A stretch of 64,000 nucleotides of DNA. Origin: an uncultured virus (IMG/VR IMGVR_UViG_3300042474_001006) (Duplodnaviria; Heunggongvirae; Uroviricota; Caudoviricetes). Location of the stretch: the IMG/VR virus record IMGVR_UViG_3300042474_001006. One strand, 5' to 3'. A program made the position numbers and the translations under genes. The first letter of the stretch is position 1. Every line of letters starts with the position of its first letter. Shown here one piece after another: positions 57,335 through 64,000 of this stretch. A model generated the notes under the pieces. That model searched no databases. It was not told where the DNA came from and saw only the letters and a list, made by a program, of their open reading frames with translations.

Positions 57335-57649
57335 ATGGAAATATCATATATCACCATAGTGGTTTCAATATTAGCGGCAAGCTTAAGTGGTTTTGGTACC
57401 GCCATCGTTGCTGGTATTAGAGACGCCAAAAAAGAAAAAAATAGGCGGGAAGAGAAAGAAAAAGACCAGCTCAGATTAGATATGAAAGATCTTAAGATTG
57501 AGTTATATCAATTAGAGAAAGAATTAACTGAGTGGAAAGACAAATATTATAAAGCCATCCAGGATTTAATTGAAATGAAGTCTGAATTAGATAATGTAAT
57601 TAATCAATTAAATCACCTAGAATATCATGAGATGCTGGACACAGAATAA
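57335..57649 (+). CDS. Protein with N-terminal TM and coiled coil
   Basis: Hydrophobic N-terminus, then a charged heptad region. Confidence 0.7.
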   Translation: MEISYITIVVSILAASLSGFGTAIVAGIRDAKKEKNRREEKEKDQLRLDMKDLKIELYQLEKELTEWKDKYYKAIQDLIEMKSELDNVINQLNHLEYHEMLDTE

Positions 57650-57670
57650 TTAAAATAGTACAATAGAAAT

Positions 57671-58228
57671 ATGACTTGTATTGTTGCAATTGCCCAGGGT
57701 GGTGTCGTTTATATGGCATCAGACCATGCTGCCTCTGACGAAAAAACTGGTTGGATCCTGTCAAGAAAAGAACCAAAGTGTTTTAAAGTTGGTCAGTATG
57801 CTATTGCATTTACAGATTCATTTCGCATGGGGCAAATTCTTCAGTATATGTGGACTCCACCAAAATACACACCAACAAAAACTAATTCTGGATTAGATAA
57901 GTTTATGAGAACTAAGTTTGTTGATTCTGTTAAGGCTGCATTTAAAGAGCATGGATACGGAAGCATTGGATCATCATCTGAGGAAGATACTGGTGGAATT
58001 TTTATAGTAGGTCTTGAAGGTAGAATCTTTACTATAGATGAAGACTTCCATGTTGGAGAAAACATAGTAAACTATATGGCAGAAGGAAGCGGTGGACAGA
58101 TAGCATTAGGTGCACTTCATGCTACAAAGAATCAAAAGAACCCAAGACTGAGGCTTAAGGCAGCATTAGAAGCAGCAACTGAGTTTAATATGAGCGTATC
58201 TGCCCCCTATACATACATTCAAGTTTAG
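57671..58228 (+). CDS. HslV/proteasome-beta-like Ntn peptidase
   Basis: MTCIVA (Thr1 nucleophile), ASD, K and GSGGQIALGAL. Confidence 0.8.
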   Translation: MTCIVAIAQGGVVYMASDHAASDEKTGWILSRKEPKCFKVGQYAIAFTDSFRMGQILQYMWTPPKYTPTKTNSGLDKFMRTKFVDSVKAAFKEHGYGSIGSSSEEDTGGIFIVGLEGRIFTIDEDFHVGENIVNYMAEGSGGQIALGALHATKNQKNPRLRLKAALEAATEFNMSVSAPYTYIQV

Positions 58229-58242
58229 TGTATAATTAGACA

Positions 58243-58449
58243 ATGGACATCAACGACCTAAGACCAGATTATTCTCACTCAATGGACGTAAGAGGTGTAC
58301 CAACACACATATGCCCATGCGGTTGTGAAATATGGAACCTTAAAGTTCTTTTTGAGGATTGTGAAATTGCAACGTACTTTTTAGACATGGAGTGTGCTAA
58401 TTGTGGCACACTAGCAACGGCGCCAACGCCACTGGATAGAGAAGAATAA
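58243..58449 (+). CDS. Zn-ribbon protein
   Basis: CPCGC...CANCG. Confidence 0.7.
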   Translation: MDINDLRPDYSHSMDVRGVPTHICPCGCEIWNLKVLFEDCEIATYFLDMECANCGTLATAPTPLDREE

Positions 58450-58451
58450 AT

Positions 58452-58631
58452 ATGAGATCACAAAGAAGAATTGATATGCTAGAGCTTGAACTATATAAGC
58501 TTAGAATTGAATTAGATATAATGCATGAGATTATGAGCAACGTAATTAATACTCAGGTACAAGCGGCGGAAGCAAGAAACATGGATTCTGGTAAATGGTA
58601 TCCACGCAAGAACCCAACACAAAATTCATAA
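58452..58631 (+). CDS. 59-aa coiled-coil protein (not in ORF track)
   Basis: MRSQRRIDMLELELYKLRIELD...; fills the gap. Confidence 0.6.
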   Translation: MRSQRRIDMLELELYKLRIELDIMHEIMSNVINTQVQAAEARNMDSGKWYPRKNPTQNS

Positions 58632-58635
58632 TCTA

Positions 58636-58664
58636 TTGACAACCATCGCTGAATTTAGTAGAAT
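58636..58664 (+). promoter_or_regulatory. Promoter; downstream S8 gene probably leaderless
   Basis: TTGACA-17 bp-TAGAAT, with ATG 7 nt downstream. Confidence 0.7.
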
Positions 58665-58671
58665 TAGCTTT

Positions 58672-59634
58672 ATGAAAAAACTAATAACTATGGCAATTAT
58701 CGCCAGCACACTCGCTATTACCACAATGCCTGCACAGGCAAATCTAAAGCCAAAAACAGTTGTCCCAACATTGGCTATTTTAGACACAGCGCTAGACACA
58801 TCAATCCCATCAATTAAGTCAAGACTAGTTGCTGAGGTATGCATTTTAGATTGGCCATCATGTCCAAATAAAACTAAATTTATGGAGGGCGCAGGAGCAT
58901 CAGTTCTTCCAATTAGTATGTTATCAACAAATAACTTTAACCATGGAACACAAATGGCTTCTGCAGCAATTGCAGCTAATCCAAACATTAATATCGTATT
59001 CATTCGAATTGTTGGAAACACAACAAAGGGCGGGGTACAAACGTACGGACTAAACACTCTCGTAAACGCTTTAACATGGGTTAATAACAACAAAGCTAAG
59101 TACAATATTGTAGCGGTTGCATCATCTCATGCTACTAATGCTCCAGTTATTAAGCGCAGCGCAACATCTGCTTATTGTTTACCAACAGCAGTTGATACAG
59201 TAGTTTCTAATTTAAATAACTCTGGTGTACCAGTATTTTTCCCTTCTGGAAATAGTGCTGGAAATCCAAGTATGAAGGGCAAGATTGAGTGGCCAGCATG
59301 TATTAGCCAGTCAATTGCAGTTGGTGGAGTTGAAACTCTAAATCTAGATAAGCCTCAAGTTTCTTTAACAAGTAACTATGATGTAAACCTTGTAGATCTG
59401 TGGGGTGAAATCCAGCAGCCAACTATTTATCCTGGAAATGTTAACGGGTATTCTTATGGAACATCTGTTTCCGTTCAGGTAATTGCTGCAAAGTACGTAC
59501 ACCTTAAGACTACAAAGCCTACATTAACATCAGCACAGCTGATTTCATTAATGAAGACTGCTTCTGATCCAGTAGAAAACTCTTATGGACAAAATGTTTA
59601 TCTGTTTAAGTTGAGTAAAGTAATCAATGGATAG
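58672..59634 (+). CDS. Secreted subtilisin-like (S8) serine peptidase
   Basis: Signal peptide; AILDT, HGTQMA, SGN and GTS catalytic motifs. Confidence 0.88.
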   Translation: MKKLITMAIIASTLAITTMPAQANLKPKTVVPTLAILDTALDTSIPSIKSRLVAEVCILDWPSCPNKTKFMEGAGASVLPISMLSTNNFNHGTQMASAAIAANPNINIVFIRIVGNTTKGGVQTYGLNTLVNALTWVNNNKAKYNIVAVASSHATNAPVIKRSATSAYCLPTAVDTVVSNLNNSGVPVFFPSGNSAGNPSMKGKIEWPACISQSIAVGGVETLNLDKPQVSLTSNYDVNLVDLWGEIQQPTIYPGNVNGYSYGTSVSVQVIAAKYVHLKTTKPTLTSAQLISLMKTASDPVENSYGQNVYLFKLSKVING

Positions 59635-59836
59635 CAAGTTAACTATCCTTGAAGAAATAATCAAGGAAATTGGTGAGGAGTTGTACCAGAAATGGTACAA
59701 CGCCCTTGCCATTGAAGATAGAACAGAAGAAGCTTCAAAAGCGATGTCTACAAATGCTGGTGAGACAGCACTCTGGGTTATTCAAACATTTATGAATAAG
59801 TTTAATAATGCAGCGGACGAACTAAAAGGAGAATAG
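59627..59836 (+). CDS. Hypothetical protein
   Basis: Operonic ORF. Confidence 0.65.
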   Translation: MDSKLTILEEIIKEIGEELYQKWYNALAIEDRTEEASKAMSTNAGETALWVIQTFMNKFNNAADELKGE

Positions 59837-59837
59837 A

Positions 59838-60140
59838 TTGATAGTTACAGATGAAAGCTTTGATAGAGTACTAGATTCTCACAATCTAGTCCTTATTGAT
59901 TTCTGGGCTCCATGGTGCGGACCATGCTTAAAGGTGTCTCCAATATTAGATGAGATATCAAATGAGTGCGGGCTCTGGGTAGGAAAGCTAAATGTTGATG
60001 AAAATCCTATAAAATCAGCAGAATACTCTGTAACTTCTATCCCTTATATGGTACTATTTAAGTCGGGGAAACCAGTAAAGACTATTACTGGAGCAAAACC
60101 TAAGCATGTAATGCTAGAAGAACTTTCAGAATGGATCTAG
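59838..60140 (+). CDS. trxA: Thioredoxin
   Basis: DFWAPWCGPC, KLNVDEN and SIP. Confidence 0.95.
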   Translation: MIVTDESFDRVLDSHNLVLIDFWAPWCGPCLKVSPILDEISNECGLWVGKLNVDENPIKSAEYSVTSIPYMVLFKSGKPVKTITGAKPKHVMLEELSEWI

Positions 60141-60325
60141 AAAACATAGATTCAAATCATTTAGAGTTTGAGATATGGCTCAAAAATGGTTACGATAGAG
60201 GCTGGGTCTCAGATGTATTTTGCGATACACACGATGGTCCGCCTTTAACAGATGAAGAAATGCAAGAATGGGAAGAAGGAGGAGATCCCTGCTCTTTCCA
60301 TGTAAAAGTAAATGCACTACACTAA
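60131..60325 (+). CDS. Hypothetical protein
   Basis: C.THDG.P...EEG.DPC motif. Confidence 0.7.
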   Translation: MDLENIDSNHLEFEIWLKNGYDRGWVSDVFCDTHDGPPLTDEEMQEWEEGGDPCSFHVKVNALH

Positions 60326-60373
60326 ATTTCTGTAATCGCAAAGATGACAGAGGAAATAAGGAGAATAAATTAA

Positions 60374-61780
60374 ATGAACTCATTTAAGAAAATCGCACTA
60401 GCCATGGTTGCAGCCATGACTTTGGGCACAATGGTAGCAACACCTGCAAGTGCTGCTGTAATGACAGTCGCTGTAGAGCTTGCTGGAACGGCTAACACAA
60501 CCGCTTCATCAATCTCAACACCTGCCGCATTGCCAGTTCCTGCAGACAACACAGTTGACGCTGCAGACGCACTTAAGTTCGTAGCAACAGTTGACACAGG
60601 AACAGCAGTTTCTGTAGTAGCAACAAACGCAACAATCGTGTCTGCACTACACACAACTGCTGCACCAGTAGGAGCAACATCAGGATCATCATCTTTGACA
60701 GTTGCAACTGGTACAGGAACAACAGCAACATTTTATGTCTACACAAAGACAACAGCAATCGGTACAGTTGTAATTACCAATGGTGGAACACAACTTACAT
60801 ACTACGTACAGGGAACTGCTGGTAAGATTAATACTCTTACAGTATCCGCTCCTGCTACAGGTGCTGCTGGTACAAAGCAAGACATCTCAGTAACTGCAAC
60901 AGATACATTTGGTAACAAGGTATCTGCTAAGTCAATTACTGCAACAGTTTTTGCTTCAACAGCAACACTAGACACAGCAACAGCAACAACTGGTGCTACA
61001 CTTTCAGATTTTGGAGTTGCAAAGTTTGTCGCAACACTTCCAACAACTGGAACACGATCACTAATCACATTTTCACCTACAACATCATCGGATGCAACAA
61101 CTGTAGATGTAGTTGGTCTTCCTGCTCGTGCACTAGCACCATTTGCAGAAATTACAGTTCGTGATCTAGTATCAGAACTTGCTGCTGAGAAAGCAGCACT
61201 TGCTGCTGAAAGAGCAGCACACGCTTCAACAAAGGCTCAACTAGAGGCAGAGGTTAAGGCAAAGTCTGCACTTGCAGAAAGCCTAGCAAAGGCCAATGCT
61301 GACATAGTAAAGGCAACAGCAGAAGCAACTGATGCAAAGAAGGCAGAAGCAAGCGCTCTAAAGGCACTTGCAGATGCAGGCGTTGCTGCTGATAAGATTA
61401 TTGCACAGTTCAAGTTGGACTTGGAAGCAGCGAATGCTTCACTTGCAACACTTACTGCAGAACTTGCAGAACTAAAGGCTTCACATGCCAAGGCACTTGC
61501 TGATCTAAAGGCTACATCAGATAAGGCACTTGCAGATGCAAAGGCTGCTTCAGATAAGGCAGTTGCAGATGCTGTAGCAACAGAGAAGGTAGCGGGTGCA
61601 AAGTCACTTGCAGATGCAAAGACTGCATCAGATGCTGCTCTACTCGCTAAGGATGCACAGATTGCTAAGTTGACTGCAGATAATGCTGCAGCGATTAAGT
61701 CTATGAAGGCTGCATTTAATAAGTTGGCTACTCAGTGGAATAAGAAGAATCCAAAAGCTAAGGTTACCTTGCTTAAGTAA
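60374..61780 (+). CDS. Secreted protein with Thr-rich Ig-like domains and Ala-rich coiled coil
   Basis: Signal peptide ending PASA; TATDTFGN Big-like motif; Ala/Lys heptads; strong SD. Confidence 0.75.
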   Translation: MNSFKKIALAMVAAMTLGTMVATPASAAVMTVAVELAGTANTTASSISTPAALPVPADNTVDAADALKFVATVDTGTAVSVVATNATIVSALHTTAAPVGATSGSSSLTVATGTGTTATFYVYTKTTAIGTVVITNGGTQLTYYVQGTAGKINTLTVSAPATGAAGTKQDISVTATDTFGNKVSAKSITATVFASTATLDTATATTGATLSDFGVAKFVATLPTTGTRSLITFSPTTSSDATTVDVVGLPARALAPFAEITVRDLVSELAAEKAALAAERAAHASTKAQLEAEVKAKSALAESLAKANADIVKATAEATDAKKAEASALKALADAGVAADKIIAQFKLDLEAANASLATLTAELAELKASHAKALADLKATSDKALADAKAASDKAVADAVATEKVAGAKSLADAKTASDAALLAKDAQIAKLTADNAAAIKSMKAAFNKLATQWNKKNPKAKVTLLK

Positions 61781-61787
61781 TTAGTTT

Positions 61788-61817
61788 AATATGGGGCAGG
61801 TTCCCCTGCCCCATATT
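61788..61817. terminator. Strong hairpin (terminator) after the secreted protein gene
   Basis: aatatggggcagg-ttcc-cctgccccatatt. Confidence 0.8.
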
Positions 61818-61841
61818 TACTATTATGATAAAATAGATATT

Positions 61842-61994
61842 ATGGAATGGGATCATTTTCACGTAATTAAAAAAAAAGTTTTAAATGAATTAATTAAAGA
61901 TATGGAAAGTTTAGAAATTCCACCAGACTGGAGACCACGAGAGGTCTTAAGTTTAGTAATTAGAAAATTAAAAGAAAAAGAGGAATCATGTTAA
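61842..61994 (+). CDS. Small hypothetical protein, probably leaderless
   Basis: TGATAAAAT 7 nt before ATG 61842. Confidence 0.6.
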   Translation: MEWDHFHVIKKKVLNELIKDMESLEIPPDWRPREVLSLVIRKLKEKEESC

Positions 61995-62161
61995 AGAATT
62001 TAAAAAATTGGTTAGGATTCAATTCAGTTGAATCTCAGGTTGAAGCCATGCTAGAAGAAATTAAGACTTCGGCTAAGAAGGCACCAGCAAAGAAGGTTGC
62101 TAAGAAGGCACCAGCAAAGAAGGTTGCTAAGAAGGCACCAGCTAAGAAGGCAGTAAAGTAG
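61988..62161 (+). CDS. 57-aa histone H1-like PAKK-repeat microprotein (not in ORF track)
   Basis: ...AKKAPAKKVAKKAPAKKVAKKAPAKKAVK; GAGGA SD. Confidence 0.75.
   Translation: MLKNLKNWLGFNSVESQVEAMLEEIKTSAKKAPAKKVAKKAPAKKVAKKAPAKKAVK
62072..62152 (+). repeat. 27-bp tandem repeat, 3 copies (coding)
   Basis: gctaagaaggcaccagcaaagaaggtt twice plus one degenerate copy. Confidence 0.9.
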
Positions 62162-62421
62162 TGGAATCAATAAAGAAAGTTTCCATAAAGGCGACTTGCT
62201 ACACCATATATCATGTAACTGTTTCTGCTTTAATTTTTTCTACTGTAATATATTTTATTACTGGGAAATGGGAATATGAATATCTTGACGAATTTGGTAT
62301 TGGTCTTCTAGGATATATTCTGTGGGAACTTTTTGGTTATTCTGTTTTTGAGATGATTTGGCCAAAAACTGAAAAAGCCTTTAAAAGAATTTGGGCAAAG
62401 TTTGGCGGTAAGGTTAAGTAA
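62161..62421 (+). CDS. Membrane protein (DUF2061-like)
   Basis: KKVSIKATCY...two TMs...FEMIW. Confidence 0.6.
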   Translation: MESIKKVSIKATCYTIYHVTVSALIFSTVIYFITGKWEYEYLDEFGIGLLGYILWELFGYSVFEMIWPKTEKAFKRIWAKFGGKVK

Positions 62422-62561
62422 TGGGAAAGCACCTAGATAAGATGCAGAGAGCTTTGGCTCAAAGACAAGCAGCAACATATGCCAGCGGACAAAAAAAGCC
62501 TGGTTCAATGAATATTAAAAAAACTGGGTATAGAGGCCAAAGGGCAAAAGGTCCTAAGTAG
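62421..62561 (+). CDS. 46-aa basic microprotein
   Basis: MGKHLDKMQRALAQRQ...KKPGSMN...RAKGPK; stop/start coupled. Confidence 0.6.
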   Translation: MGKHLDKMQRALAQRQAATYASGQKKPGSMNIKKTGYRGQRAKGPK

Positions 62562-62683
62562 TGTTTAGTGGATTGTGTGAAATGGCGGGATGCGGTAAAA
62601 AAGCAACCAGACTTACTTCAAAGCCAGAAGGCCCTATCATAGATATTTGTGACGATTGCTGGCATCAGATATACAGATCTTAA
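62561..62683 (+). CDS. 40-aa Zn-finger microprotein
   Basis: CEMAGC...ICDDCW. Confidence 0.6.
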   Translation: MFSGLCEMAGCGKKATRLTSKPEGPIIDICDDCWHQIYRS

Positions 62684-62692
62684 TCAACTAAA

Positions 62693-62701
62693 TGCTATAA
62701 T
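62693..62701 (+). promoter_or_regulatory. Extended -10 promoter with 5' leader hairpin
   Basis: TGCTATAAT, then aagcgg...ccgctt hairpin and AGGAG SD. Confidence 0.6.
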
Positions 62702-62758
62702 AGAGTCATAAGCGGAATACTAGTCCCGCTTAAATAAATAACCTATAGGAGTAATAAC

Positions 62759-62911
62759 ATGTCAGACGGAAAAGATTTAAACGGATTTACATCACCAAAG
62801 GTAAACGATTCAACAGTATGGGGAAACAACGAGCAGTACGCAGCTGATCCAAAGGCAGCATTCCCATCAACAGACGTTTCAAACCAAGCGCAGGCTCAAG
62901 GTCCTAAGTAA
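62759..62911 (+). CDS. 50-aa low-complexity peptide
   Basis: MSDGKDLNGFTSPK...FPSTDVSNQAQAQGPK; AGGAG SD. Confidence 0.7.
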   Translation: MSDGKDLNGFTSPKVNDSTVWGNNEQYAADPKAAFPSTDVSNQAQAQGPK

Positions 62912-62912
62912 T

Positions 62913-63005
62913 ATGTGCTTTGAATGCGGTTGCGAAAGCGTAGGCAGCGAGACTGGAGTTAAAGAAGTTAGTATCCAGGATGTATCAGATCAGAGGAATC
63001 AATAA
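62913..63005 (+). CDS. 30-aa peptide with N-terminal MCxxCGC
   Basis: MCFECGCESVGSETGVKEVSIQDVSDQRNQ. Confidence 0.65.
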   Translation: MCFECGCESVGSETGVKEVSIQDVSDQRNQ

Positions 63006-63112
63006 TGTGTAAAGATTGTTCATGTGGAAAAGATGAGCAGATTCAAAATGAATCAGCTCCATCACCAGCTAGTAACAATGTTGTGACCATCTCACAAATT
63101 AAGGGAGCATAG
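63005..63112 (+). CDS. 35-aa peptide with N-terminal MCxxCxC
   Basis: MCKDCSCGKDEQIQNESAPSPASNNVVTISQIKGA; GAGGA SD, TAATG coupling. Confidence 0.65.
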   Translation: MCKDCSCGKDEQIQNESAPSPASNNVVTISQIKGA

Positions 63113-63288
63113 TGTCAGAAAATGTTGTAAACTCTGGAGAGGCAACAAAAAAGAATCCTTCTCAGGGTAAATTTAAATCTGGTATACAGGAAAAAAGACC
63201 ACCAATGAAAATTGATGTCAATAAGCATGGAATTAGAAGAGAAACACCAGCAGTTCCACCTAAAAAATTTGGTAGAAAGAAGGTTTAA
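63112..63288 (+). CDS. 58-aa basic Pro-rich microprotein
   Basis: GGGAG SD, GTG start; ...KRPPMKID...PAVPPKKFGRKKV. Confidence 0.6.
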   Translation: MSENVVNSGEATKKNPSQGKFKSGIQEKRPPMKIDVNKHGIRRETPAVPPKKFGRKKV

Positions 63289-63290
63289 TT

Positions 63291-64000
63291 ATGGAAGCAT
63301 TATCACAGACCACAAGTCAACTTGGAGGAAAACTCCTAGGAGGAGGGGGAACTGGGATTTGGCAGTACGAAAACTTTCTTTCTAAAGAAGAGTGTGAAGA
63401 ATTAATTAAGTTCTTTAACGCAAATGAGGAAGAGTGGAGATTTATTTGCTTCTACGGATCTTACGGTATGCATGTCGTTTCTCCATTTACCAAAGATCAT
63501 GGTACTTCAATAACTGAAGAATACATGGCAAACCTAAGAGAAAGAATGATTCAGTATTGTTCTGATGCTGCTGGAAGACCTATGAAGATTAACAGCATGC
63601 ATGCACAGAAATGGGAGATTGGTGCTTACGCAAACGATCACTCAGATAACACAGACCTTGATGGCGAAGATATGGGGTGGGCTGATAACAAGCAGTACTC
63701 TGGTATATATCTAAATAGTCAGCCAGACTATGAGGGTGGGGTTTTAAGATTTAGAGATCACAATTTAGATGTTGTTCCACCAACTGGTTCATTCGTATCA
63801 TTCCCTGGAGGTGTAGAAAATATTCATAGCGTTTCTGAAATTACCGCTGGAACAAGATACACCATAGTTATATTCTGGGATTATGCAGATGCATGGTATT
63901 CTGAAGCGCAGTTGCAAGAGTGGGAAAGATTAATTTTTAAAGAAAGAATTCATCAATATCAATTAAAGCAGCAGTGGAAAGATAAGGTAGCTCATCCGCT
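63291..64000 (+). CDS. 2OG-Fe(II) oxygenase, prolyl-4-hydroxylase-like (3' truncated; not in ORF track)
   Basis: ENFLSKEECEELI, HSD, YLN...YEGGVLRF and FPG...HSV..ITAGTRYT. Confidence 0.9.
   Translation, partial: MEALSQTTSQLGGKLLGGGGTGIWQYENFLSKEECEELIKFFNANEEEWRFICFYGSYGMHVVSPFTKDHGTSITEEYMANLRERMIQYCSDAAGRPMKINSMHAQKWEIGAYANDHSDNTDLDGEDMGWADNKQYSGIYLNSQPDYEGGVLRFRDHNLDVVPPTGSFVSFPGGVENIHSVSEITAGTRYTIVIFWDYADAWYSEAQLQEWERLIFKERIHQYQLKQQWKDKVAHP

Larger units (their letters stand above)
1..64000 (+). mobile_element. Segment of a large siphovirus-like phage genome, probably infecting Actinobacteria
   Basis: Contiguous capsid-connector-tail-TMP module, terminase, phage replication genes, endolysin and WhiB; all credible genes on the + strand; no integrase or host housekeeping operons seen. 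Confidence 0.96.

Noticed and set aside
61791..61841. ORF-track start at 61791
   Set aside because: Lies inside the terminator hairpin; ATG 61842 follows a -10 element
361..62508. All minus-strand ORFs in the track
   Set aside because: They are antisense shadows of well-supported + strand genes, with no recognisable motifs
62549..62910. Shared aggtcctaagta (GPK-stop) ending of two micro-ORFs
   Set aside because: Only a short match with no further similarity; may be coincidence
1..64000. Prophage boundaries, integrase or att sites
   Set aside because: None seen; host-like genes (SDR, trxA, hsp20) are interspersed with phage genes and read as auxiliary genes

Overview
The whole 64 kb window is one co-oriented (+ strand), AT-rich segment of a large tailed dsDNA phage with siphovirus-type organisation. 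It has four parts. (1) Virion module, 1-31.1 kb: scaffold/protease C-terminus, major capsid, head-tail connectors, major tail protein, a frameshifting tail assembly chaperone, a 3512-aa tape measure protein (TMP), and tail tip and fibre proteins. (2) Replication/recombination module, 31.2-44.9 kb: phosphoesterase, DnaB, primase, gp32-like and bacterial SSBs, DnaE, RecA, Cas4-like nuclease and two resolvases. (3) Terminase genes and three tRNAs, 44.9-48.1 kb. (4) Accessory/lysis region, 48.1-64 kb: SDR, Hsp20, APS kinase fusion, thermonuclease, PA14 surface protein, CHAP endolysin, glutathione peroxidase-like protein, WhiB, HslV-like and S8 proteases, thioredoxin, microproteins and a 2OG-Fe(II) oxygenase. 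WhiB and many apparently leaderless genes point to an actinobacterial host, and the low GC suggests a low-GC lineage such as freshwater acI (inference). The strongest candidate for an undescribed system is the TMP. It appears to be a polyvalent cargo protein: enzyme-like domains (a HipA/PI3K-like kinase, an ADP-ribosyltransferase-like domain and a possible His-Me nuclease) are inserted between about ten repeats of an aromatic/hydrophobic-x-x-GG motif that may mark processing sites. Other notable items are a ROSE-like thermometer before hsp20 and tandem MCxxCxC micropeptides before a 2OG-Fe(II) oxygenase. All calls come from reading motifs by eye; no database searches were run.
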